A DNA stretch of 64,000 nt, taken from assembly GCA_036785375.1 (NCBI GenBank), contig JAWMAR010000006.1, positions 7,254,001-7,318,000 on the forward strand. Reading direction: 5' to 3'. Shown one piece after another: positions 41,387 to 54,187 of the stretch; positions within the stretch are counted from its first letter, which is position 1; the number at the start of each line of letters is the position of its first letter. A model generated the notes under the pieces. It did no database searches. It was given only the letters and a program-made list of their open reading frames with translations, and had not been told where the DNA came from. The position numbers were made by a program, and so were the translations under genes. This stretch comes from Leucoraja ocellata (taxonomy: Eukaryota).

Positions 41387-43323
41387 GTATGTACCCTAAA
41401 AGAATATGTTTCCATTTGTGGAAATGTGCAGATCTAAGGGTCTTTGGTATTGTTTTATCACTTATACATCCAGGGAATCCAAAGGAGTTTCTTTATCTAA
41501 TGCATGGAAACACGTAGAATAAGCTGCCATTAGGGATACCTGAGACATAGTTGGGTAATCTCACGAGGGGAAAAAGTACTAGAAAGATATATTTAAATAG
41601 AGGCTCTTGTAGGACATAAACATGACACAGATCAGTTGTACTAAATGGCATTGTAAACTTTGAGACAATATGTTGAACATCAGATAATATGTTTATGTGA
41701 TTTAAATTGTCAATGACAAAGTTGGATGATAATGCCGAGATCCTCGACTGTATCCAGTCCATTTCCAGCATTTGGCCTTCTCCTAGTCTCAGAACTAGGA
41801 TGGGATTCCTTTTGTCCTTCCCATCCATTCCACGAGTCTTCACGTTCATTGGATTATCATCTTCTCCAACATGTTCCTCCTCTTTCCGTTTCATCATTCC
41901 AGGACAGTCTGTTGTTCGATCCATACCTTCTCTTTCCCACAACTGGTGCTACATCACCTGTGCCTGCACCTCTTCCATGCTCACCCTCCAAAGTCTTAAA
42001 CATGCAGAAGATGTGAACCAGTTATGTCCTTGTTCTTCGTTCAATATTCACTGCTTAATCTTATCCTATTTTATTTAATTAAGGGTATCTAAATTGTGCA
42101 CTGTACTCCAGGCTTCACCTGTCTAGTTGTACTAATATTTTCCTATTTCTATACTCCGATCCCCTTGTAAAGAGAAACAAATAGACATTTGTTTTCCCAA
42201 TTATTTGTATACTTGCCAGTGAACATTGTGTAAGTCATACAGAACACCTAGATTTGTTTGTATTCCATTCATTTATTCTCTCTGTCGTATGGAGAGTGTA
42301 CTTGGGTTTCATGAAGATTCATGATATTGAAAATTTTGGAATATAGACAATAGGTGCAGGAGTAGGTCATTTGGCCCTTTGAGTCAGCACCGCCATTCAT
42401 TGTAATCATGGCTGATCATCCACAATCAGTACCCCGTTCCTGCCATCCCCATATCCCTTAATTCTACTCTCTTTAAGAGCTCTATCTAAGCAAAGAACAA
42501 TCTGCTGGAGGAACTAGGCGAGTCTATCAGAATTGATGGGGAGGGGGAGTAATGACCAATATTTCAGGTAGAGATCCTGCATCAGGATTGAGAGTGGAAA
42601 GGAAAGATAGCCAGTACAAAGAGAAGGGGGGTGAAGAGTGAGATAGGGGCCAGTAGATGGACTAAGGAGGGGTGAAGGACAACAGGCAAATGAGGCTAGA
42701 TGGTGGGAGGAGCATAAGTGGAATTGGGAGACCGAGACATTCTCATTCCTAATGCAGGGTCTCAACCTGAAACATCCGTGATATCTTTGCCTCCACAGAC
42801 GCTGTTTGATCTGCTGTGTTCTTCCAAAACTAATTTCTTGACCTCGGCCTCTTTTGCATCAATGCAGAGGAAAATTAATTCAAGGGGTTGTGATTTCTTC
42901 CTTGACCACAGTGACCACTGTGACATTTCGCTAATGGACAAAAAAGTCCCCAGGCAACCAGGCTAGCTCCGGGATACCATGTTGATTCATACTGTTAACC
43001 CCACCTAGTTTCAGTTGCTTCTCATTCTCACCCAACTCTGATTTGAAAGCTTGTGGTAAATCCATACTCAACTCTCTGACAAACAACTTATGACAGAGGT
43101 CAAAGAGAACTTTTTGACTCTTAACCTAACCTTATGTTTTCCAAAGTGTATTGATACATGCTCATTCTGCTCAGCAATATAATTCTACTGAATTTTGTGC
43201 TTTGACATTTTAAAGATCCCAAGCACATCCAGACAAAATCCACTTTTGCAATGCACCACTTCTTCGAGCTTAACACTTGAACGGAACTGTGATATTGACA
43301 CCAGTTTATTTCTTCTTTTTTAG

Positions 43324-43435
43324 CTGGGGCACAACATGGGGTGACCTTGGTTACTTGAAACTGGCGAAGGACAGGGGCAATCATTGTGGAATTATCAATT
43401 ATATTGTCTATCCACGCGAGGAAGAGCACCTGTAA
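43324..43435 (+). CDS. Cathepsin L-like last coding exon
   Basis: [39 protein letters not shown]; the seven exons total 1026 nt in frame (341 aa). Confidence 0.95.
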
Positions 43436-43552
43436 CCAACCAGACCTTCCAAACACGGCCTGAAAAAATTTGGAAAGTTCTCCGCTGTTGCTTATTAATT
43501 TCTATACCGTTGCTTTAACTGTCTGCGGCAAATGCATACACATGTTCAAGAG

Positions 43553-43677
43553 AATAAAAGTCGTTTCTATATATTCTGCAGTGTGACATTAAGGGCAAAC
43601 TAATCAAACATTACTTAATGACAATGTTATTCAACCTGTGTCGAGGCAATGGGTTGCAACATTGAACAATTAATAAA
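43553..43677 (+). terminator. Candidate polyadenylation signals of the cathepsin gene
   Basis: AATAAA at 43553 and 43672. Confidence 0.6.
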
Positions 43678-43910
43678 AGCTACTGGCAATCATTTCAACT
43701 GTATCATCATTTCAAGCTTAATGATCAATTTTGCCTTTCACTTTCCATCAATGACCTGGTTTAATTAAAAGCTGAATGTCCTATAATTACTAACAAATAA
43801 CAAGGTGCATTAAATATAAGTCTGCACCTTTTTCTAAACTTTGATTCCTTAAATTCCTTTCTAACATTTTTACTGAATCAGCTTCCACCACACTTCCAGA
43901 CATCATTATA

Positions 43911-44915
43911 TAATGTTCCTCATGCTACCCTTGGCTTAGCCAATCAAACTTCTAAACTCTAATGTATACACAGAATTGCTGTTGATATTATCAGTCAAAC
44001 ATGAACAGTGGAAAATGCTAGCCATTTGTCCAGTAGAAAGTGCCATTTGCACTAAAATAATGGGCTGTAGATTTATCGGGTGGAAGATGATTCTATTCAT
44101 GATCCAAACTATTTGCAGCATCAACTGCAGTGGCATCCACCTTTTTTACATAGTTTCAGTCCAGCTAGTATTTCAGAGTATTGACAGTGAACTTGGCAGT
44201 GAACCTCTGTGCCCGTTATGATCTAGGAACTATCTAAATTCTAAGGAGATTTACCTGATTTCATCCCCAAAGTAATATCATTACACTTAATACATAACAT
44301 AATTAAATAAATCATTCCTAGAAGAAAATTATTTAAAAAATATCCAGACTGGATATATATCCAGCTATATAAATCACTGTTCCATCGTCACCATCAAAAT
44401 CCTGGAACATCCCACCTAACAACATGGGAGTACATTCAATGGAAATCTAACAGATTCAAAAGCATATCCCAACCCCACCATCGAGAACTATGAGGAAGAA
44501 ATGTCAATTGATAATTAAACAATTGTACCACAACTAAAATTGATTTCAACAAATGTTTTGTTTAATTATCTTCAAAGTTTATATTTTCATTTATTTTAAA
44601 ATAATGTTTTTTCCTCATTTAAGTGTCTGGTCTTACTTGTCTTGCAAGACTTGTTTTACCTGTTGTCCTCCACCATGGGGCGCCTATGAGGTGACTGCAG
44701 GTTGTGAGGTTTGTGAGGTTTTACAGTTTTAATCCAGATTTACTATGGAAGCTGAAGAATTTAGGTGCTACGTAATTATGGGGTGGATGCAACTTTAACA
44801 AAATAAGGGAGAAAAGCTAAAATATACTCTACCAAGTAACAATTTATCAAAGATTTTATTCCCTGTTTTTAGATACTAACTTCAATGGTATCTTCATTGT
44901 TCAAAGTTTAGTCAA
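43911..44915 (-). pseudogene. DPP9: Inverted decayed DPP9 gene fragment (pseudo-exon about 44660-44792 plus flanking intron)
   Basis: Reverse complement aligns with 3300-4325, e.g. TTCAGCTTCCATAGTAAATCTGGATT, ACAAACCTCACAACCT, GGAGGACAACAG|GTAA; indels break the frame. Confidence 0.9.
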
Positions 44916-47611
44916 AACTCTTCCTGTAACCATGAGATTTGCAATCAATTTTGCACTAAATGACTGCTAGGCACCAATACTAACCCCTCTCTCTCTCTGC
45001 TGAATTGTCAGCTCTTGGTAAAGAATAAATAGGCTCTTATTTGATGTGGTTCATGCCGAAATAAATCACAGCTAAGTTTTACACCTTTAATTAATAGTCC
45101 GGGATCTATCTCAGAAATCCACATGTGGATGTCACACAAAACTAAGATTTGCATGGACCCAAAAAGTTATTCTTGTCCAGATGTTAGGTGGCAGTCCAGC
45201 AAACATTTGGATTGGATTGGAATTGCCACCTATCCTCAGGATAAGTGAGAGAAGGAGAGCAGAATCCCCTTAAAGCCTTGTTTAACATTCAACAAGATTA
45301 TGGCTAAACGTAATTTTGCCCAATTCGTATCGATTTCTTCTGATTTCAAGAGTCAAGAGTCAAGAGTCAATTTAATTTCAAATATCTGCCATCCCAGCCT
45401 TGAATGTATTCAATGGCGGAGTATAAACGTCACATTGTACAGAGAAATATTTCCTGAAATTATCACAGTCTACCCTCTCCTCATTCTCATCCACTTCACC
45501 TCCCTGTACTTTTCCACCGGTCCCTCCTTCTCCTCACCTGCCTGCTTGCCACTCCCCTCTCATCAGCCCAACTCTCCTCACCTGTTGCACTCAGTTGCCT
45601 CTGATCACCAATTAACCCGGTGTATAGACTCTCCTCACCGTGCACACAGTGCCAGATTGTTCTCAGCATTCATGCAAGACTCTCCAGCGATTTCCCGACT
45701 GCCTACACGGATTCGAACCTGCCTGCCCCTGACCATTCTTTCCCGGATAGCAACTCAGCCTTCTGTCCCCGACCATGGCCTTCGTCCCGTACCTCCTGGT
45801 TTCTGTCTGCCTCTCTCCTGGGCTGTTTGGTGTATCCCTGCAACGGCTCCTCGACTTCCTGCCTGGTTTCGACTTTCCCAGTTTCAAAGATTTAAACATT
45901 TAAATGGAGGTCATGTGAGAGGGCTGCATCAACCACAACAGAGGAGATGCCATATTCTTGAAAATTGAGGTCATTTCAGATGTCCTGGAATAAGGAGGGA
46001 GGGGGCTCATCTTGAGATCAGAATCGACAATGAAAGAAATGGGAGAAAGGAATTGCACTCCAAGCGATCCTCCTTTTTTAAGGATCTCCTTAGGAATTTG
46101 AAACAACCCTTCCTGGTGAGACAGAGATTCACATGCACCTCCTCCAACCAGGTCGATTGCAGTGAATTTGCATAAAGTTCTCTCCTCAACATCAATGAGA
46201 TCAGGTGTCCACTAGGTCACAGTTTTCAGGGCACCTGCATTATTTCTGCAGTGATTATCCTGAACATTCATCGGCATACCACTTCATGCAAGGATGCTCC
46301 TGCAACTTCCTCTCTTGCCTCTCTCAATAACCTGGAATAGATCCCATTAGGCCCTGGGACATTATCCATCTTAATGTTCTTCAAGAGCCCCGACACCTCC
46401 TGCTTCTTAATCTCAAACTGCCCTTCCATATCAGTATTCTCCACACAGATTTCACTATCGTCCATGTCCTTCTCCTTGGTGAAAACAGATGCAGGGTACT
46501 TGTTTTGTACCTCGCCCTCAACTCCAGACTCCAAGCACAAATTCCCACCTTTACCATTGAGCAGTCGTACATTCTTCCTGGTTACCCTCATGTTTTTAAT
46601 GTAGGCATAAAGAAATGTGGGGATTTTTCATAATGCGATTTGGCAATGTCATTTCATGGCCCCTTATGGCCTTTCTATACCCCCTCTAGGGTATTGACAT
46701 GAATAGAGAATTAGTTGGCAGACAGGAAGCAAAGACTAGGAATTAACGGTTCATTTTCAGAATGGCACGCAGTGACTAGTAGGATGCTGGAGGGTCAGTG
46801 TTGGGCCCCCAGTTATTTACAATATATATTAAAGATTTAGATGAGGGAATTAAATGTAACATCTCCAAGTTTGCGGATGACACAAAGCTGGGTGGCAGGG
46901 TGAGCTGCGAAGGGGATGCTATGAGGCTGCAGGGTGACTTGGATAGGTTGGGTGAATGGGCAGACGCAGTATAATGTGGATAAATATGAGGTTATCCACC
47001 GTGGTGGTAAAAACAAAAGATTATTATCTTAATGGTGTAGGAAGGAACTGCAGATGCTGGTTTAAACCGAAGATAGACACAAAAAACTGGAGAAAACCAG
47101 CAGTCAGATTAGGAGAAGGGGAGATGCAACAAGACCTGGGTGATCTTGTACATCAGTCATGGAAAGTAAGCATGCACGTACAGCAAGCAGTGAAGAAAGC
47201 AAATTGAATGTTGGCCTTCATAGCGAGAGGATTTAAGTATAGGAGCAAGAATGTCCTACAGCAGTTGTACAGGGCCCTGTTGAGACCACACTTGGAGTAT
47301 TGTGTGCAGTTTTGGTCTCCTAATTTGAGTAAGGCCATTCTTGCTATTGAGGGAGTGCGGCGTAGGTTCACCAGGTTAGTTCCCGGGATGGCGGGACTGA
47401 CTTATGATGAAAGAATGGGTCGACTGGGCTAGTATTCACCGGGATTTGGAAGGATGAGAGGGCATCTTCTTGAAACATTTTAAATTCTTAAGGGATTAGA
47501 CAGGCTAGATGCAGGAAAAATGTTTCCCATGTTGGGGAAGTCCAGAACCAAGGGTCACAGTTTAAGAATAAGGGGTTGGCCATTTAGGACTGAGATGAGG
47601 AAAAGCTTTTT

Positions 47612-50600
47612 TTTTTTTTTTGTTTATTTTATTAGAAGTTAATACAGCACAAAACAGTACAGTGGAACCTAATTTTAGGTGCCAACTATGTAATACCGTA
47701 ATCCATTCTATGTACAACCTCTATTTTTATGTTATGAGAAGGAAGTAAGCAAGACAAGAAAAAGAAAACAATAGAAAGAGGAAAAAGTGGAAAAATAGAT
47801 GGTAGAGAGTATAAAAACGTGAAGTGTGTATATAAAAATAAAAAAGGAAGAGAGAAAGTGGAAAGTAGAAATAGATGAGAAGGCCCTTAAAAGAGAATTT
47901 TTCAAATCTGTATTCGGAGATGTAGATCTATCCGCGTCATGAACTGAAATCAGCAATCTTTACGGTACCGCTGCATCACATGATTCCAAAAAGTCGATGA
48001 AAGGAGACCAACTCCTTAAGAATTGGTCATATTTATCTATTAGTCGGAGTCTCATTTCTTCAAGGCGTGCTATGTCCATCATATTCCTAATCCACATTTT
48101 AACAGTTGGTATGGTTGTATTTTTCCAAAATTTAAGTATCAATTTCTTTCCAATTATTAACCCATAATTAAAAAAAACATTTTGATCTTTATTTAAATTG
48201 GTATCTTCTCCTATTATTCCAAATATAATCCATTCCGTTTTGGGTTCTATTCTTGACTTGAAAAGCTTTGTAAATATATCAAATATATCACTCCAAAATG
48301 TATTCAACTTTGTACATCCTACAAATGAATGTGTTATATTAGCGTTTTGAAACAAGCATTTATCGCATCTGGGAGAGACGTTTGGATAAAATTTATTCAA
48401 CCTCGTTTTTGAATAATATAGTCTATATAATAATTTAAATTGAATTAAATAATGTCTTGCATTAATAGAACAGTTATGTGTATTCATCAAATACCTTTCC
48501 CATCTATCCTTCGAGATCTTTATCATTAGCTCATGTTCCCAATCTTCCCTTAATGCTTCTGTTGAGGGTGATTCTCTATTTAATATATTATTATAAAAGT
48601 AAGATATTAATTTTTGTGAATCAGCCTTAATATTCATTGCTTCTTCTAAAGGATCTAAAAATATAGTTTGAAATCTATGTGTATATTTCTTCATAAAGTC
48701 ACATACCTGTATATATTTAAAATATTGATTATCCTTCAATTTAAATTTTAATTTTAATTGTTGAAATGATAACAGTTTGCCCACTTCATACATATCCCCT
48801 ACTTTCCGAATCCCCAGTCTATCCCATTGTTGATATGTGTTGTCGATGAGAGAAGGTTTGAATGCGGGGTTGTTCAATAGTGGGGTTAGTACTGATAAAT
48901 TATTTAATTTCAAGGATACTTTTATTTGTTTCCAAATTCTTATTATATTGTGAATAATTGGGTTCTTCTTATATATTATACTATTCAATTTTATCGGTGA
49001 GAGCAGGATTGTTCCTATATCGTGTGGATAGCACTCCTCTTTCTCCATTCTTATCCACTCCAACTGCTGAGTGGAACTATGCAGCCAGTACATTATGTTC
49101 TTAATATGCACTGCCCAGTAGTAATACATAAAGTTAGGTAATGATAAACCCCCAACTTCTTTAGATTTGCACAAATGCTTTCGTTGAATTCTATGTGTTC
49201 TGTAGTCCCATATGAAATTAGTGATAGTGGAATCTAGTTTTTTGAAAAAATATTTTGGAATATATATTGGGATCGCTTGAAACAAATATATTAATTGTGG
49301 TAAGAAAGTCATTTTTATAGCGTTAATTCTACCTATCAATGAGAGCGGAAGCGTTTTCCAAAATTTAATCGTATCATTCAGTTTATTTAATAGTACTATA
49401 AAATTGGCACTAAATAATGATTTGTGTCTTGTAATTTGAATACCCAGATACTTGAATTTTTCTGTTGCAATTTTGAAGGGGAATTTTAGTAAGTGTCTCG
49501 AATCCTGTGGTTTTAAAGACATAATTTCGCTTTTATTCCAATTTATTCTATATCCTGAAAAGGAGCCAAATTCCTCAATTAGTGTTAATAAGGTGGGTAT
49601 ACTCGTTTGTGTATTAGTAATATATAAAAGGATATCATCAGCATATAATGAAATTTTATTCTTTGAGTCCTTGCTGTTATATCCGTGAATATTCGGGTGA
49701 TTTCTAATCCTTTCGGCCAGCGGTTCTATCATAAGGGCAAATAGCAATGGTGATAAGGCACACCCTTGCCTATTACCCCTTGATAAGTAAAATTTTGGAG
49801 ATAGCGTATTGTTAGTTAATATTCTTGCTGTAGGTCTATCGTAAAGTAGTTTAATCCATCTAATAAAATTCTCTCCCGTATTAAATTTTTGGAGTACCTT
49901 GTATAAATACTGCCATTCTACTTGATCAAATGCCTTCTCTGCAACCAGCGTGACAACTGAAATATCTTCATTGTCCTCATTATGAGAGTACATTATATTA
50001 AAAAACCTTCTCAAATTATTAATTGATTTATTGATTGTCTTTTGGGTATAAATCCTGTTTGATCCGTATTTATTAAATTGTTAATATAATTATTTAGCCT
50101 TCTAGCTAGAATCTTTGCTAAAATTTTCTGATCCGTATTTAGAAGTGAAATAGCTCTATAAGAACCCGGTTCGTCTAAATCTTTATCTTTTTTTGGTATA
50201 AGCGTTATTGTTGCTTCTGCTAGGGTTTCTGGTAGTTTATTTTCAGTATAAGCCTGCATGTATAAATTGAATAATCTTGGTACGATTGACTCCTGAAATC
50301 TTTTATAAAATTCATTACTAAAACCGTCTGGTCCTGGGGTCTTCCCATTTTTCAGTGAGTTTATTATTTGTTTTATTTCTTCACTAGTAATCCGTGCTCC
50401 TAATTGCTCTTGTTCTAAACTATCCAATTTTGGGAGCTTGCAATTATCTAAAAAATGTGTAATTTTACTTACATCTGTCTTTATTTTAGATGTATATAAA
50501 TTATGATAAAATTGGGCAAACCTCTTATTAATATCCTTAGGCAATGTTAGAAACTCACCCTTATCCGATTTAATTTTAGTAATACAGGTGCACAACCTTT

Positions 50601-53600
50601 TATCCGGTGTTCCAGAAACCGAAAAGCTCCGAAAACCGGCCATTTTTTCCAGATGTCGTCTGCGCACCAAAGCTCGCGTTTGGCGCCAAACCTGACCCAA
50701 AACGACCCACGGTCAACCCAGGTCTGTACTACTGTAGCGGCTGCCTCCTCCCTGGAGACCGGGAGACGCTTAAACATCTGTAAATCATTGCTTAAATGTT
50801 AGTCAGTTAGTTTGGAGGGCTTTTATGTGAAGGGGGGTGAAGGGGTAAACTTTAATTCTTAGTCCCCTACCTGGTCGGAGAGGCGGGGAGCGGTCAATGC
50901 CTTACCGGGTCGCTGTGCAGTAAGCTCCGCAGCGCTGTGGCCGGTGGGGCCGCGGGCGGTGCCGGTTGTAGCTCCGACCCCGGCAACTCTACCCCTGGCT
51001 GCGAGGCGCTCCAAATCCAGCGCGGCCCGCGGCCGGACGCCCCAGCTCCACGAATGTCGGGAGTCAGCGGCGTCGCAGCGCTGGGATACCAGCGGGGTGC
51101 GGGCAATGCCTTACCGGGTCGCCGTGCGGCAAGCTCCGGAGCGCTGTGGCCGCCGACACACAACATCGCGGAGCGTCGCTGGATTTGGAGCCGCGCAGCC
51201 AGGGGTGGAGTTGCCGGGGTCGGAGCTCCAACGGGCGCCGCCCGCGGCCGGACGGAGCCCCCAGCTCCGCGGCTCCAAATCCAGCGACGCTCCGCGAATG
51301 TTGGAAGAAGGCGGCCACAGCGCTCCGGAGCTTGCCGCACGGCGACCCGGTAAGGCATTGCTCGCTCCCCGCTGGTATCCCAGCGCTGCGACGCCGCCGA
51401 CACCCGACATTCTCGGAGCTGGGACGTCCGGCCGCGGGCCACGCTGGATTTGGAGCCGCGCAGCCAGGGGTAGAGTTGCCGGGGTCGGAGCTACAACCGG
51501 CGCCGCCCGCGGCCGGACGGAGCCCCCAGCTCCGCGAGGTTGGGAGTCGCCGACCAGGTAGGTAGGGGACTAAGAATTAAAGTTTCCCCCTTCACCCCTA
51601 CACCACCACCACCACATAAAATCCCTCCAAACTAACTGACTAACATTTATGCAATGATTCTCCCGGTCTCCGGGGAGGAGGCAGCTGCTCCAGACTTTTC
51701 AAGCCGCCCGCGCTACCTACCTAATCTACGCTAAAAATCTTCCATTCTGAAATCCGAAAATGTCCGAAATCCGACAAGTGTCTGGTCCCAAGGCTTTCGG
51801 ATAAAAGGTTGTGCACCTGTAGTTTTTTCCTTTTCTCGTTGCTTCAGTTACTCGCAAGTAGTTTATGTGGCTTATCCCCAAATTCGAAGTGTGCTTGTTT
51901 TGTAATTTGGAATAATCTTATTACTGTAGCCGATAGTATTCTATTGATTTTATATTTCAATAACGTTATCTTATTATGTTTATTTATGGTTGGGTCAGTT
52001 GCATTGTCCAGTTCTAGTAATTTTATTTTCTGTTCTATCCGCTGAAGTTCTCTTTTATTTTCCTTATTTTGAAAACTTTGGTAAGAGATTATGACACCGC
52101 GAATATATGCCTTGAAGGTTTCCCATAATAGCGGTGCAGAAATACCCGGCGTGTCATTTATTTCGAAAAAAAGTTTTGTTTGTTCTTTTATATACTCATA
52201 ACCCTGCGGGTTATTTAATATGTGTGCATTGAACCTCCAAAAAGGTTTTATACTCGGCATTTCCTCAATTTTAAGTATAAAAGTCAATGGTGAGTGATCA
52301 GAAATAATACTATTATGATATGATGGTTTATTCGTATACGGGATCAATTTTGTGTCCAATAAGAAATTCGCGAATAAGTTTTGTGAACTGATGAATAAAA
52401 TGAGTATTCCCTACCACTTGGATTTGCTATTCTCCAAAAATTAGCTATGTTATTATTTTTTATATGTATTTAAAAATTCACAGGTCTTAGTTTTAACAAG
52501 ACGCTTCCCTAGCTTTATTGATTTATCTAAGTATGGGTCTATAACACAGTTGAAATCTCCCCCCATTATTATATTTTGAAAATTATGCTCTGCGATTAAA
52601 TCTATTATTTTCCTAAAAAATTGTGGGTTATCAATATTAGGCGCGTAAATATTTATCATAGTTAATGGTGTATTGTAAATTTCTCCCGCGACTATAACAT
52701 ATCTTCCCTCTTTATCAGATATGGATTTCTTTAATTTAAAAGGTATGCCCTTCCGAATTATAATGGCCGTGCCTCTTGCTTTAGAGGTGAATGAGGAGTA
52801 ATAGGTTTGACGTATCCAATTTGCCCTTAATCTGATCTGAGTTTGTTGTTTCAAATGTGTCTCTTGTAGGAAAGCAATATCCATATTTAATGATTTTAAT
52901 TGTGCCAGAATTTTACCTCTTTTAATTGGCTCATTCGCACCTCTGATGTTCCAACTACAGAAGGTGAGACCTCCGATATTTATTCGACTATTATCTTGCA
53001 TTGGCTATTATTACCAGACTGTATGATTCATGTGATGCAGCCAAGTACCTCAGAATCCCGAATCCAGAGTTGTCCTTCATAATTTCTACAGTAGTTCTAC
53101 ATCTCCTGACACTATTAAACATAATTAAGGGAAAGAGAAAAACATAAAATAAAGTGTACATAAAAATTATTGAGTCATAATTGTGAATAAACAAAAAAAG
53201 TGAATGTAATTTATCAAAAAAGCGATAAATTACAAAAAAGCCACCTAAGGTAGCTAGATTTGTTTTTAAATTGGCCTCCGTCGATGAGATTATGCACTGG
53301 GCCTTATCCCCCTATTAGAATTTGACCCAACGTTAGTCGGTTCCCTCTAATTGTTACTAAAATTATCATATCAGGTCATCGCTGAGCAGTTTAAAATAGA
53401 ATAAAATAAAAGGGAAGGTAGAAGATTTGGATTAAAATAAAAGTAATTATGGGTTAAAATACCTCGTCAAAAATTACACTTTTCATTTACCTGAATGTTA
53501 GTTAATTCATTATTAGTATTTTGTATTTAAAATATATGTCTAACCTCCCCCACCCTTCCTGCTATATAGTTAATCGTGTTAGTATAGGACATTACGCCTT

Positions 53601-54086
53601 TAACATTGGTTGAGTTTATTGCGCGTAATTGGATAATAGGTCATATAGTGTGGAACAGATGCCTCATATCATGGCCATTTCAAAAGGAGACGGTCTCATA
53701 GTTCTCCGTGCTGAAGGGTTTGGTGACGAGCTTGCGACCTTGAGCTTTCATGTGTGCTTTCAGTTCAGAAGTTTAGTTCAGCCTGTGTTATTAAACAGCA
53801 CATTCTTGCCAGATAAGACTGTCTGGTAACCGTCTGAAGCGTTCTAGTGTCTTAATTTGAACAGTAAAAACAGAGTTTCACAGATAAAATGGCTATTAAT
53901 CTGTTCCACCTTGAATTTTGTTTAAAATCTCCTGGGCGTATTTGCAAGCAGAGTCCGGGTCCGTGAATGAGCGTTGCTTGCCCTTAAACGTAATTAGCAT
54001 TTTTGCTGGATAGATCACGCCATAACGAACTTCAGAATGTCCATATAAAATACTGCTTGCCCTTTTAAACTCGCGTCTTTTTGCCA
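47612..54086 (-). mobile_element. 5'-truncated L1-clade LINE (ORF1 C-terminus, spacer, frameshifted ORF2)
   Basis: ORF1 end KRREF...RYGVIYPAKM; APE endonuclease SWNIRG, LQETH, GGDFN; RT QGCALSPLLF, YADD; poly(A); 15-bp TSD GAGGAAAAGCTTTTT (47597 and 54087). Confidence 0.95.
50585..51819. mobile_element. Non-autonomous Tc1/mariner-type MITE with GC-rich fold-back interior
   Basis: 22-bp perfect TIR CAGGTGCACAACCTTTTATCCG; TA TSD; removal restores L1 ORF2 ...KEKTITKIK. Confidence 0.92.
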
Positions 54087-54187
54087 GAGGAAAAGCTTTT
54101 TCATCCAGACAGTTGTGAATCTGTGGAATTCTCTGCCTCAGAAGGCAGTGGAGGCCGATTAACTGGATGTTTTCAAGAGAGAGTTAC

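Larger units (their letters stand above)
46690..54186 (+). mobile_element. Degenerate CR1 (46690-47611 and 54102-54186) split by the L1 insertion
   Basis: FADD and PHLEYCVQFW remnants; FRTEMRKSF continues on the far side of the L1. Confidence 0.85.

Noticed and set aside
43415-43435. EEHL as a definite ER-retention or peroxisomal signal
   Set aside because: Matches neither the KDEL-like xxEL nor the PTS1 consensus.
45300-45968. 222-aa ORF
   Set aside because: No domain similarity; spans a pyrimidine-rich, LTR-like repeat fragment.
50894-51565. Several overlapping 100-200 aa ORFs on both strands
   Set aside because: Stop-poor GC-rich palindromic MITE interior; no transposase motifs.
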